Origin: Thermoplasmata archaeon
GTDB lineage: Archaea > Thermoplasmatota > Thermoplasmata > Lutacidiplasmatales > UBA184
Direction: 5' to 3'
Length of the DNA: 64,000 nt
NCBI GenBank assembly: GCA_035623855.1
Contig: DASPSQ010000005.1
Coordinates: 2,093-66,092 of the forward strand
The notes under the pieces were generated by a model, which made no database searches, was not told where the DNA came from, and saw nothing but the letters and a program-made list of their open reading frames with translations. The position numbers and the translations under genes are program-made. Each line of letters opens with the position of its first letter. Position 1 is the stretch's first letter. Below are positions 20,446-29,448 of the stretch, piece by piece.

Positions 20446-20946
20446 ATGCCCCGCCCCACCTCCGGGATCGTGGGCCCGCCCCGGTTCCTCGCCGACGAGA
20501 TGGTCGGCCGGCTCGCCCGGTACTTGCGATTCGTCGGCTGTGATACCGTGTATGCCCGGGGATGGACGGACGACGCGATTGTCGAGGTCTCCCGGCGTGA
20601 GAATCGCGTTCTCCTGACCCGGGACCGGGCCCTCGCCCGACGAACCTCCCGGGTCCTCCTCCTGACTGGCGTCCATCTCGTCGACCAGTGGAGGGCAGTG
20701 CGCGAGGCGTTCCCCGAAGTCCCTCAAGAGGTCGGGTTCGAGCGATGCACGGAGTGCAACGGTCGGCTTGCCTTGCACCGCGCACCCGAGGGGGGGCACC
20801 GTCCCTCCGGAGTCCCGTGGGAACGAGTCGCCCAAGGCCTCCCCCTCTACCGATGCGAGGAGTGCGGCCACATCTACTGGGAGGGGTCTCATGCGACACG
20901 CCTTCGAGCCCAGCTCCGGAAGTGGGCTGAGGAGGCGGAGGATTGA
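20446..20946 (+). CDS. Mut7-C RNase (PIN-like) domain protein with zinc ribbon
   Basis: FLADEMVGRLARYLRFVGCDT, LLTRD, RCTECNG...CEECGHIYWEGSH. Confidence 0.88.
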   Translation: MPRPTSGIVGPPRFLADEMVGRLARYLRFVGCDTVYARGWTDDAIVEVSRRENRVLLTRDRALARRTSRVLLLTGVHLVDQWRAVREAFPEVPQEVGFERCTECNGRLALHRAPEGGHRPSGVPWERVAQGLPLYRCEECGHIYWEGSHATRLRAQLRKWAEEAED

Positions 20947-21947
20947 TCCCTGGGTACGTCGAGCCCGTGGGAGAGGGCCAGGAACTGGCCCGACGTGAGA
21001 CGATCTCGGCCGCGGAAGCGCTCGGAGGTTCCGAAGGCGGTACCGCGCCGGAGTTCCCGTACCTCGTGAGTGTCGAGATCCCCGGCCTTCCCGAACTTGA
21101 ACGTCTCGCGGGCCGGCTCTCGTTGGCCCGTCGGTGCCTGGTACGCCTCGCTTCCGAGCCCGACATCGGTTCCCGCCTTGCGACGGAAGGCCGGACGGGC
21201 GGTTCGGCGGCGGTACGTCGTCTCGGCAGCCCCTCAGGATCCTCGGACCCCACGATCCTCGCCGCGGGCCGCCAATTCGTCGACGCGGGGGGTCGAATCG
21301 ATCTTCGCCATCCGCAGAGACGATTCTGGCTGGGACGGGATTCTACCGGGCGAGATTGGCTCTTCGAAGAGCGCGGGACGATCGATCGGGCCGCGATGAA
21401 CGAGCGCCGCATGCCCCGGCTCCCTTTCCGACGTCCCGTCAGCCTCCCTCCGCGCCTCGGACGGGCCGCGGCGAACCTCGCGCGCGTCCGAGAGGGGTCT
21501 CGGGTGCTCGATCCGTTCCTCGGCACCGGTGCCCTCCTCGCGGAGGCAGGGCTCCTGGGGGCCCATCTCTATGGGATCGACCGGGACCCGGAGATGGTCC
21601 GGGGCGCGTTACGGAACCTCGCCCACCTCGGGGTCGGGGCCGAAGAACTCATCGTGGGAGACGCGGCGGAGGTCGAGTTTGAGGATCCTCAAGTGCGGTT
21701 CGACGCGGTTCTCACGGATGCTCCGTACGGCCGTTCGTCGAGCACCGGAGGGGAGCCGGTCCGTCGGCTGGTCCAGCAAGTCGTTCCCCGCTGGGCGCAC
21801 CGACTTGCACCGGGGGGCCGAGTGGTCCTCATCGTCCCGAAAGGTTCTCCCGAGATGAGCGGGATCGGTCGACTCGTCGGGTGCCCCGCGCTACGGGTCC
21901 ACCGGAGCCTCACGCGGGAGTTTCGGGTCTACGAGCCGATCACGTGA
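20943..21947 (+). CDS. trm11: tRNA (guanine-10 N2)-methyltransferase, Trm11/TrmG10-like
   Basis: PFRRPVSLPPRLGRAAANLA, VLDPFLGTG, VLTDAPYGRSS, RVHRSLTR. Confidence 0.8.
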   Translation: MIPGYVEPVGEGQELARRETISAAEALGGSEGGTAPEFPYLVSVEIPGLPELERLAGRLSLARRCLVRLASEPDIGSRLATEGRTGGSAAVRRLGSPSGSSDPTILAAGRQFVDAGGRIDLRHPQRRFWLGRDSTGRDWLFEERGTIDRAAMNERRMPRLPFRRPVSLPPRLGRAAANLARVREGSRVLDPFLGTGALLAEAGLLGAHLYGIDRDPEMVRGALRNLAHLGVGAEELIVGDAAEVEFEDPQVRFDAVLTDAPYGRSSSTGGEPVRRLVQQVVPRWAHRLAPGGRVVLIVPKGSPEMSGIGRLVGCPALRVHRSLTREFRVYEPIT

Positions 21948-23532
21948 ATTGGGCGGTGATCGTCGTCGATGCGGAGCCCGTGCCGGCCTCGGCGCAGTAC
22001 TGGTTGACGGAAAACGAGAGGACCGCCGCGCGCGCGGCCCCCGTGTTCGTATAGAGGAGGTGAACGGTCGCGGAATGATTGCCCGTCGCGTTCACGGTGA
22101 CGAAATCGGCACTCGGAAGGGTGACCGAACCTCCGGTCAGAGTGACCACTTTACCGTCCGGTAACGTGAGGCTCCACGTGGAATTCGCCGCCCAATCTTG
22201 AAAGCCCGCGCCGGTGAGATACACGGTCGTATTGTTCGGTCCGGTGACAGAAACGTTCGCGACCGACGCGCTCAGGAGGTAGCCGTGGGCCACGGGGTCT
22301 CCATTGTCGATCGTGACGGCGCTCGTGGCCCCCACCATCGCCCCGGGCGGAAGCGTTGAGGGATACCCGACGTTCGCCGAGAGCCCGACGGACCCTGGGG
22401 GGACCGCGAGAGGAACGACCACGAACCCCGAGACGAGGATCGCGAGCACCAGCCCGCCAATCGCGGCTCGTCGGCCTCCGAGGGGCGTGATGTCGTTGAG
22501 GGGCGGAGGGTGGCGCAATCCGAGGACGAAGACCAGGACGCCGAAGAGTAACCAGCCCGTATAGCCGGTGAAGAGGCCGAGGCCGAACAGAGTGATCACG
22601 ACCGCGTAGCTCACGAACCGTGTGCGGTCCCCGAAGAGGGCGCGGAAGACGTGCCCTCCGTCGAGCTGACCCGCGGGGAGGAGATTGATCGCCGTGACGA
22701 AGATCCCGACCCATCCCGCGAGCGCGAGGGGGCTCAGGCTCACGAGCGTCACCGGGACGAACAGCGACAAAAAGTCCCAGAAGAACGATCCGCCGATGAG
22801 CAGGTTCCCGTAGCTCGTCCCGAGAATCGACGGGCCGCAGTAGTTCGCCGGGAGAACCGGGGCATGGATCGAAAGGTAGAGTCCGACGAGCGCGATCGGG
22901 ATCGACGCGACGAATCCCGCGAGCGGCCCTGACGCCCCGATATCGAAGAGGGCCTTCTTGTCGGGGAACGGCTCGCGGATGCTCACGAACGCTCCGAGCG
23001 TTCCGAAGAGGAACGGGGGCGGGATCGGCATGAAGTACGGGAGCGACGCGTCCAGGTGGCGCCGACGGGCCATCACATAGTGCGCGGTCTCGTGGAGTCC
23101 GAGGATCGTCATGACGGGGAGCGAGAAGTACAGCGCCCCGTTCGCAACGTCCGTGGCCGTGATTGAGATCCCGCCGACATAGGTGAGGTAGATCAGCGAT
23201 CCTGCGAAGATCGTGGTCCCGAACGTGCCCGCGAGGAGAAGGATGTTGATCCAGATTCGCGACCGACCGACCCGGGGTTTTCGGACGACCTCGATGAAGT
23301 CCTCACCGGATTCGCGGCGCAGGAGCGGAATGTACCCGAGCGTCCAGAGCTCCTGCCGCAGCAGGTCGAACTTCTCGGCGAGGGTCGCACGGTCGGCGTG
23401 GATCGCGAGGAGGAGCGACTGGGGTCCGACGCGGGTCTCGTAGACGGGGAAGTGCGCGGCGACCGCCGCTCGGATCCGATCGAGCTCGGATCCGCCGGAG
23501 GACGGAAGGGGGCCGGCCGCCCCGCTGGCCAT
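21940..23532 (-). CDS. Site-2 protease (peptidase M50) with extracellular C-terminal extension
   Basis: HETAH (HExxH), FGTLGAF, LFDIGASGPLAG, NLLPAGQLDGGH. Confidence 0.9.
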   Translation of the reverse strand: MASGAAGPLPSSGGSELDRIRAAVAAHFPVYETRVGPQSLLLAIHADRATLAEKFDLLRQELWTLGYIPLLRRESGEDFIEVVRKPRVGRSRIWINILLLAGTFGTTIFAGSLIYLTYVGGISITATDVANGALYFSLPVMTILGLHETAHYVMARRRHLDASLPYFMPIPPPFLFGTLGAFVSIREPFPDKKALFDIGASGPLAGFVASIPIALVGLYLSIHAPVLPANYCGPSILGTSYGNLLIGGSFFWDFLSLFVPVTLVSLSPLALAGWVGIFVTAINLLPAGQLDGGHVFRALFGDRTRFVSYAVVITLFGLGLFTGYTGWLLFGVLVFVLGLRHPPPLNDITPLGGRRAAIGGLVLAILVSGFVVVPLAVPPGSVGLSANVGYPSTLPPGAMVGATSAVTIDNGDPVAHGYLLSASVANVSVTGPNNTTVYLTGAGFQDWAANSTWSLTLPDGKVVTLTGGSVTLPSADFVTVNATGNHSATVHLLYTNTGAARAAVLSFSVNQYCAEAGTGSASTTITAQFT

Positions 23533-23535
23533 CCG

Positions 23536-23862
23536 TCACGCTCCCGAGGGGGATTCGCCGGCCGTCTTGCGGAGACGCTTCGCGCGCTCCTTGGCGGAGT
23601 AGCCGGTTGCCTCCTCGAGGAACCGGTTGTATCGGGCGATCGTCTCTCGGGCGACGTCCTCCGGCACCTTGGGGTTCATGGAGACATTCACGCGGAGGTC
23701 CCGGCCGTTGGCCCGGACCGACAGTTGAGAGATCGCACCGTAGGTGGCACGCACCTCCTCGCCCGCCAACTCCACCGTGTCGAAGTGGGTTCGAAGGAGT
23801 CGCGCCAGCGCCTCCGCGCTCAGATTCGAACGGTGGCTCGGGCGCACGGGATAATCCTGCAC
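23536..23862 (-). CDS. Conserved archaeal hypothetical protein (DUF5611-like)
   Basis: ATYGAI and RYNRFLEEATGYSAKERAK pattern; GTG start at VQDYPV. Confidence 0.7.
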   Translation of the reverse strand: MQDYPVRPSHRSNLSAEALARLLRTHFDTVELAGEEVRATYGAISQLSVRANGRDLRVNVSMNPKVPEDVARETIARYNRFLEEATGYSAKERAKRLRKTAGESPSGA

Positions 23863-23921
23863 GGCACCGCGTAAGACCGACGCACCGATTAAATCAGTAT
23901 CGGTCCGGTCGAAACCGCGAG

Positions 23922-24143
23922 TCACACGGTCTCGATTTCGATGAGGACGCGCAACCCTCGGAGCTGGTTCGTGACCTCATCGGAGAGGTCGAGGATCTGA
24001 TCTCGGGTCGGGGGACCCTGCCAATCGTACACGAAGTCGTAGTTGCCCTGCGTCGGGACGAACCCGCACGATCGCAGTCGGTCGGCCACCGACGAGGGTT
24101 TGGCCCCCTCGCTGTCGAACGTCACCCGGAGATACGTTTCCAT
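23922..24143 (-). CDS. Small conserved archaeal hypothetical protein
   Basis: METYLRVTFDSEGAKPS...GNYDFVYDW...IEIETV; natural-looking composition. GGTGGTG precedes the start. Confidence 0.65.
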   Translation of the reverse strand: METYLRVTFDSEGAKPSSVADRLRSCGFVPTQGNYDFVYDWQGPPTRDQILDLSDEVTNQLRGLRVLIEIETV

Positions 24144-24233
24144 TGTTCCGACACCACCGCTGGGGGCCAAAGGCCTTGCGCTGGTCGAGTCGAGAAGCGC
24201 GAGCGGCGCACCGTTCGTCGGCGCTCGGGAGCC

Positions 24234-25055
24234 CTACTCCGTGCTGGCGTTCCGTAGGCCCGGTCGCAGGAGTCGCACCATCGCGCTTCGGAGGGTCGCG
24301 GCGGATCCCGCTCGGACCCACCGGGGCCCCAATCCGATCTCGGGGGAAGACTCGGCAATCTCCCAATCCCCTCTTCGGTGCCGGGCGACCCCGATGCCGA
24401 GGTCCGACGCTTCCACGGCCTCTCGCGCGAGCGCTCGTGCGCGGGCGATCGCTCGGGGACCGCCGGTCCTGTCTGGCTCGACCGGGCGGATGCGTAGGAC
24501 GGCGGAGGGGAACACGCGGCGGATCGCCGCGCAGGCGGGGAGAGCGTCCCTCCGATCCGAGACCGCGAGCCCGATCTTCAGGGGAGCGACCCGACGGCCC
24601 TCGCGGTCGATCTCGAGCGAACGGATCCGACGCGAGCTGACCGGTCGGAGGTCGTCGGCGAGGACCACGGGGACCACCTCGAGAGGGATCGAACGGCGAC
24701 CGAGCCGCCGTCGCTCGGCATTCACCGCGCGTCCCCCCGAGCGGGTGTCCGCGGATACTACGAGGACGTCGACCCCCTCCTCGATCGACCGTCCGAACCG
24801 GTTCTCGAGCGGAACCACCCGGACCGTGCGCCTCGGGTAGTGCGCCTTCGCCCAACGAACGACCGCGCGTCGCCGCGTGGCGTACGGTTGCAGTCGGTCC
24901 GCGGCTGGCTTCGGGTGCTCGGCCAGGAACCGGTCGGTCGTGACCCCGATCGAGACTCGCAGTCCGGCATGGAAGGCGCGGTGGAGGAGCGCGGCGTGAC
25001 CGACGTGGAAGTGGTCGAACGTCCCGCCGAGGACCGCGTGGCGGTAGCGGGGCAC
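24234..25055 (-). CDS. coaD: Phosphopantetheine adenylyltransferase (archaeal CoaD) with degenerate C-terminal YjjX-like NTPase domain
   Basis: VLGGTFDHFHVGH (HxGH), IGVTTD, VNAERRRLG, VSSRRIR. Confidence 0.85.
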   Translation of the reverse strand: MPRYRHAVLGGTFDHFHVGHAALLHRAFHAGLRVSIGVTTDRFLAEHPKPAADRLQPYATRRRAVVRWAKAHYPRRTVRVVPLENRFGRSIEEGVDVLVVSADTRSGGRAVNAERRRLGRRSIPLEVVPVVLADDLRPVSSRRIRSLEIDREGRRVAPLKIGLAVSDRRDALPACAAIRRVFPSAVLRIRPVEPDRTGGPRAIARARALAREAVEASDLGIGVARHRRGDWEIAESSPEIGLGPRWVRAGSAATLRSAMVRLLRPGLRNASTE

Positions 25056-25068
25056 CGAATCGGCCCCC

Positions 25069-25257
25069 CTAGACGAAGAGGCGGCTGACGAAGACGATCA
25101 ACAGAAGCGCGATCGCACCGTAGAGGAGGTAGGTGTACGTCCTCCGGCTCTGGAGCTGCTGCGCCCGCTTCTCTCGGCAGGCTTTGCTGCACGTTTCGGA
25201 GTCGATCGCACAGACCCGGCCGCAGACCTTGCAGTGCCGGTGGTCGTCCTCCACCAC
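25069..25257 (-). CDS. DUF2116-like zinc-ribbon membrane protein
   Basis: HRHCKVCG...CSKAC plus C-terminal TM helix. Confidence 0.8.
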   Translation of the reverse strand: MVEDDHRHCKVCGRVCAIDSETCSKACREKRAQQLQSRRTYTYLLYGAIALLLIVFVSRLFV

Positions 25258-25308
25258 GAGTACACCCGGAACGCCGGTCCCAGAATAGATTTGTGCCGGT
25301 TGGGCGGC

Positions 25309-28266
25309 TCAGCTGCGTCGAGGTCGACGCCGGGCGTCGCGGCTCGCCTCATCCGCCGACCCGTCGGGGGGCGCGATCGGATTCGGAGGATCCTCGCCGA
25401 GCGGGGCATACGCGACCGGGGTCCCGAGGTCGCTCGCGAGGAAGTCGTCCTGGGAGCGGTAGGAGTTCAAGCGCGACGGCCGCTGCGCGGGTCGCGGCCC
25501 CGTCAGGAGGTCGCCGGAGAGCTCTTCGGTTTCCTGGGAGAGCTGCTTCAACAGGTTGAGCCAGATCCGCCCCTGGTGGGCGATCGTCCCCTCGAGGCGG
25601 TCGCGCAGTTCGTTCGTCTGTTCGACGAGGTCGCCCTCGATCCGGCGCATCTCGCGGACCATCTCGCGGCGGATCTCCTTGAATCGAACCTCGGTCTCCT
25701 CAGAGATCGGTGCCCCCTTCTCGAGGTCGCCGACCTTGAGCCAGGTCTTCCGCAGGAGGGGGATCATCCGGTCGCTGAGGACCTGGATCCGTCGGTCGAG
25801 ATCCTCGAGGTCAGAGCGCAACCCGTTCTCGACCCGCTGGAGGTCAGCTTCCCGCTGGGCGAGTCGGGACTCGACGGTCTCGACACGGAGGAGGCCATCG
25901 TCCTGCGCCGCGCGCAGGCGGTTCTCCGCCTCCGCGATCTCCTTCGTCAGCGCGAGCTGCTGATCGGCACGAGCCGAGGCCACCGCCGGCGCGATTCGCT
26001 CCTTGATCGCCGCGTCGAACCGGCTCGGATCGACGGTCTTCGCGAGGGTCTGCTCGACCTCGGTCCGGAGCCGAGCCAGGAGCTCGACGTACTTGTCCCG
26101 CTCCTTCTCCTGGTTTTCGTTGAGCTTCTGCTCCACGAAGGCCTGGAGCCGGACCTGGAGGCCCGCGAGTGCTTCGGTCTGGGCGACCGAGAGCTCCGCG
26201 ACGCGCGCCTCCCGCTCGACCCCCAGGCGCTTTTCGACGCCGTTGACCCGCTCGTCGAGCGCCGCGGACGACCTCGACTGCAGGTCCGTGACCGCGGCCT
26301 TCAGCCGGGTCTCGACGTCCTTCGTCCGGCCGTCCACGAGGATCCCGAGCCTCTGCTCCAGATCCCGAACGTCCTTCGTCCGGCGCTGCTCGATCTCGGC
26401 CGCGTGGGCCTTCAGGAGGTCCCTCACGCGGGCCTCGATCTCCTCCCGGAGAGCGGTCCCTTGCTCCTTCGTCTCCGCCAGCTCGACCTCGAGTTGGGCA
26501 GCGAGCGCGGTCCGGAGCTCGTCCTCCCCGTGAGCGAATCCCGCCTTCGCCTCGTCGATCGACTGGCGGAGCTCTTCGCGGAGTCGCGCCGACCAGGCCT
26601 CCGTGGCGGATTGGACGGCCTGTCGGCTCTTCTCCGTCACCTCGGCGAGGGTCGGGTCGAGCTGGGCGTGGAGGTTCTTCTCGACCTGAGCGGAGACCGT
26701 CCCGGGGTCCAGGACCGGCCGGGACTCGACGGCGGCGATCCGCGCCCCGACGTCCGCCTGGACGCCCAGCATCCCGCGAGCGGACTGCTCGGTAGCTTCC
26801 CGGATCTTCGTGTCGACCGTCGCGAGGAGGCGGGCATCCCGCTGGGCCGCCTCGGTGGGGTCGGCGACCGGTTTCGGGAGCTCGGCGAGTCGCTGATCGA
26901 GGATCCGTCGGATTCGCGCGTCGAGGTCCGCGTCCCCCACCGGCACCGGGGCAACTGCGGCGGCGACCGACGCAGATCCCTCCGGCGGAGGCGACCCCGT
27001 TCGCAGGGAATTGTCATCGCTCACCGAGAGCGGGACCCCTGGAGTGCTGGAGGCCGGCAGGGCGATGTCCACCGGGCGCTGGAGCCACGGTGGATGCTGC
27101 GTCGTTCCGGGCGACGGGGCCGGCCCGGAGATCGGCTCCGGAGGAAGGGGGGCCTCGATGGCTCGGGGGATGGGGATCGACGGCTGAGCCTGAAGGTACT
27201 CGTTCGCCCGCTTGACCGCCTCTCCCGACATCGGGACGGAGCGGCCCTTCGGCTTCACGAGCAAGAGAGCGGCGGTTTCCATCGCGGTCCCGATCCGCCA
27301 CATCTCCTTGCGCCGATCGCGCCCGCCCTGGCCCTCGGCGTCCTGGATCTCCGCCTGCATCCGGGTGCCTTCCACCGCGTCGACGCGACGGGAGACCTCG
27401 GAGATCTTGGGGTCCTGATGATCCCGAACGTACTGGAGGACGAGCGGGAGGCTCTCGCGGGACCGAGTGGGGGTCGGTTTCGTGAGATCCCGCAACATGA
27501 CGGGGGCGGACCCCCAACTGTCGAGTCGCTTCGAGTGCCGCTCGCCCTGCGCTTCGCCTTTCGGCACGCGCATAACGGCGAGCGCGAGCGGAATCTGCTC
27601 GGTGAACTCGTGCGGGTTCACCTTCGCCTCGGGCAGGAAATACGGGAAGACGAGGAACGCACTGAGCGCGATCAGCGAGGTCGGGAGGAGCCGCACCATG
27701 TCGAGGACCACCTGGCTCGCCGACTCCCACTGCTCGGCGGCGACGACGACGACGGGTTCGGTGGTCCCGCGGTGGAACAGGAACCCCTCTCCGATGGCCT
27801 GGTACACCGACGCGTCCGGTTCGGCGGTGACCCGCGGGGGGCCCGATTTCCCTCCCATGCTCGCATGGGCCCGAAGGACCGCGGGACCGAACTCCCCGCT
27901 CTCGACCAGGTCCGCGGTCGAGAAGACGAGCGTTTTCATTCCGAGCCGAGGTCGATCCTCGGTGGAGAGGAACATCCGTCCGATGCATGTGTACCGGCCA
28001 TTGGCCGCCGGGTAAAGGAACAGATTCGGGTAGTACGAGAGCGGCTGCGACGGATCCGGATCCCAATAGTCGTGGGTGTCGGCGACGTTAACCGTCAGGT
28101 TGCCGATCATCCGGATCGCCTCCAGAGTCTCACGGCGCCCCGGGAATTCCTCGGGGATCGTCGTGTACCCCGGGCTTTCGGCCTCGTTGTCGACCTGGCG
28201 GCACCAGACGACGGAGATCGGGGCGAGGCCCGCGAGTGGCGCGCTCGCGGGTACCGCCGTCGACAT
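25309..28266 (-). CDS. Large protein: GAP1/longin-DENN-like N-terminal region, Pro-rich linker, about 480-aa coiled coil
   Basis: 985 aa. Globular N-terminus (WCRQ...GYTT...EDRPRLGMKTLVF; PVVVVA...LLPTSL...FPYFLP), then PIPRAIEAPLPPEP linker, then E/R/L/A/Q-rich heptad region. Starts 4 nt after the GTPase stop. Confidence 0.75.
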   Translation of the reverse strand: MSTAVPASAPLAGLAPISVVWCRQVDNEAESPGYTTIPEEFPGRRETLEAIRMIGNLTVNVADTHDYWDPDPSQPLSYYPNLFLYPAANGRYTCIGRMFLSTEDRPRLGMKTLVFSTADLVESGEFGPAVLRAHASMGGKSGPPRVTAEPDASVYQAIGEGFLFHRGTTEPVVVVAAEQWESASQVVLDMVRLLPTSLIALSAFLVFPYFLPEAKVNPHEFTEQIPLALAVMRVPKGEAQGERHSKRLDSWGSAPVMLRDLTKPTPTRSRESLPLVLQYVRDHQDPKISEVSRRVDAVEGTRMQAEIQDAEGQGGRDRRKEMWRIGTAMETAALLLVKPKGRSVPMSGEAVKRANEYLQAQPSIPIPRAIEAPLPPEPISGPAPSPGTTQHPPWLQRPVDIALPASSTPGVPLSVSDDNSLRTGSPPPEGSASVAAAVAPVPVGDADLDARIRRILDQRLAELPKPVADPTEAAQRDARLLATVDTKIREATEQSARGMLGVQADVGARIAAVESRPVLDPGTVSAQVEKNLHAQLDPTLAEVTEKSRQAVQSATEAWSARLREELRQSIDEAKAGFAHGEDELRTALAAQLEVELAETKEQGTALREEIEARVRDLLKAHAAEIEQRRTKDVRDLEQRLGILVDGRTKDVETRLKAAVTDLQSRSSAALDERVNGVEKRLGVEREARVAELSVAQTEALAGLQVRLQAFVEQKLNENQEKERDKYVELLARLRTEVEQTLAKTVDPSRFDAAIKERIAPAVASARADQQLALTKEIAEAENRLRAAQDDGLLRVETVESRLAQREADLQRVENGLRSDLEDLDRRIQVLSDRMIPLLRKTWLKVGDLEKGAPISEETEVRFKEIRREMVREMRRIEGDLVEQTNELRDRLEGTIAHQGRIWLNLLKQLSQETEELSGDLLTGPRPAQRPSRLNSYRSQDDFLASDLGTPVAYAPLGEDPPNPIAPPDGSADEASRDARRRPRRS

Positions 28267-28269
28267 CGC

Positions 28270-29436
28270 TTACTCCCCCTTGGTCGCGCGTCGTTCGAGA
28301 ACCCGCTCGCACGCGCGTGCGAGCGGAAGGGTGGTGTTGACCATGACCGGGACTCCCAGCGTCTGCGTCCCCACGTTCGGCGCTTCCTCTCCGGTCTCTC
28401 CGATGAACAGGGGGTGCCCTTCCCCGGTCGAAACGGCGCTCGACACGAGGAAGACGTCCTCCTTCATCGAGATTCCCCGGCCTTCCTGCGCGACCAGGAT
28501 CGTCCCCATCCCCGCTCCGTCCCGGCGCAGGAGAAAATCGACGGGGTCGAACGCGCTCCGGTAGGCGCGCTCGCGGATCGATTGCTCGATCTCGGAGTAG
28601 AACTCCTTCAGTTTGTCGGCCTTCGATACCGCGATCACGAGCGGGAGGTTCCGGGACTTCGCGTATCGGAAGACGCCGCGGGCGAGGTTCACCTGCTGGG
28701 CCTGATCCCGCAGGGATGGAAGCCCGGGGGAAAGGAGGAGGATCAGCGCGTCCGCGCCCGTGACGAACCGGCCGAGGAGGGTCAGTCCGCGCCGCCAGAG
28801 ATCCCGTCGGTCGGGGCGCCAGGAATCGAAGTGTGGAATCACCCGGCACGTCTTCTCGAGGACCTCCTCGTCCGGGGTCGACAGCCAGAGCCGATCGTAT
28901 GTGAAGTAGTCGGCGATGATCCCACCGGCCTCGTCGATCGTTTGCAGTTCCATGGGGCGGGAGCCGATCTCCCCGTTCGCCGCCCCATAGCGGAACCGCA
29001 TCTTCATCTCGACGAACTGATTGAATTTCGTCGGGAGAGGGTACTTCGTCAGGATCCCCTGGTCCTCGCGCCCAGCGCTCAGCTCGACCCAGAGCTTGCG
29101 GCGGTCCTCCATCGGGCGGTTGACGTAGTACCGGGTCGTTGTCTCGAGGCTTCCCTCGGGATCGGTCGGATCGGTGGTTTCGTACGTCGTCTCCTCGAGC
29201 GCGACGTCGTTCTCGAGGTCCCCGTAGAGCGGAAGGGTTCCGTTGTCCGCGCGCGACGGGATGTACAGGATCGGGAGATTCAATCCGAAATGTCCGGAAA
29301 GGAACCGAAAGTAAGTGGTCTTTCCCGACGCAGGGATGCCCACGACGGCCACGCGCGCGGAATCGCCGGACGGCTTCGCCTCACGCTTCGTCCCGGCTGC
29401 CCGACGTGTGCGGGTCGTGACCTTGACCTCGGGCAT
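28270..29436 (-). CDS. TRAFAC-class (Ras-like/double-GTPase-like) GTPase
   Basis: G1 GIPASGKTT, G2 PLPT, G3 DEAG, ADALILLLSP strand, G4 SKAD, G5 VSSA. Confidence 0.85.
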   Translation of the reverse strand: MPEVKVTTRTRRAAGTKREAKPSGDSARVAVVGIPASGKTTYFRFLSGHFGLNLPILYIPSRADNGTLPLYGDLENDVALEETTYETTDPTDPEGSLETTTRYYVNRPMEDRRKLWVELSAGREDQGILTKYPLPTKFNQFVEMKMRFRYGAANGEIGSRPMELQTIDEAGGIIADYFTYDRLWLSTPDEEVLEKTCRVIPHFDSWRPDRRDLWRRGLTLLGRFVTGADALILLLSPGLPSLRDQAQQVNLARGVFRYAKSRNLPLVIAVSKADKLKEFYSEIEQSIRERAYRSAFDPVDFLLRRDGAGMGTILVAQEGRGISMKEDVFLVSSAVSTGEGHPLFIGETGEEAPNVGTQTLGVPVMVNTTLPLARACERVLERRATKGE

Positions 29437-29448
29437 TTGGATCGACTC

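Noticed and set aside
19004..21526. Apparent 840-aa GlmM with a long N-terminal extension (likewise the extended ORFs for the ABC ATPase, EVE, SPFH and TFB)
   Set aside because: The extensions are read-through of neighbouring genes' alternative frames. True starts sit at the family N-terminal motifs.
25309..28266. SMC/Rad50 chromosome segregation protein
   Set aside because: No Walker A/B, signature motif, hinge or zinc hook.
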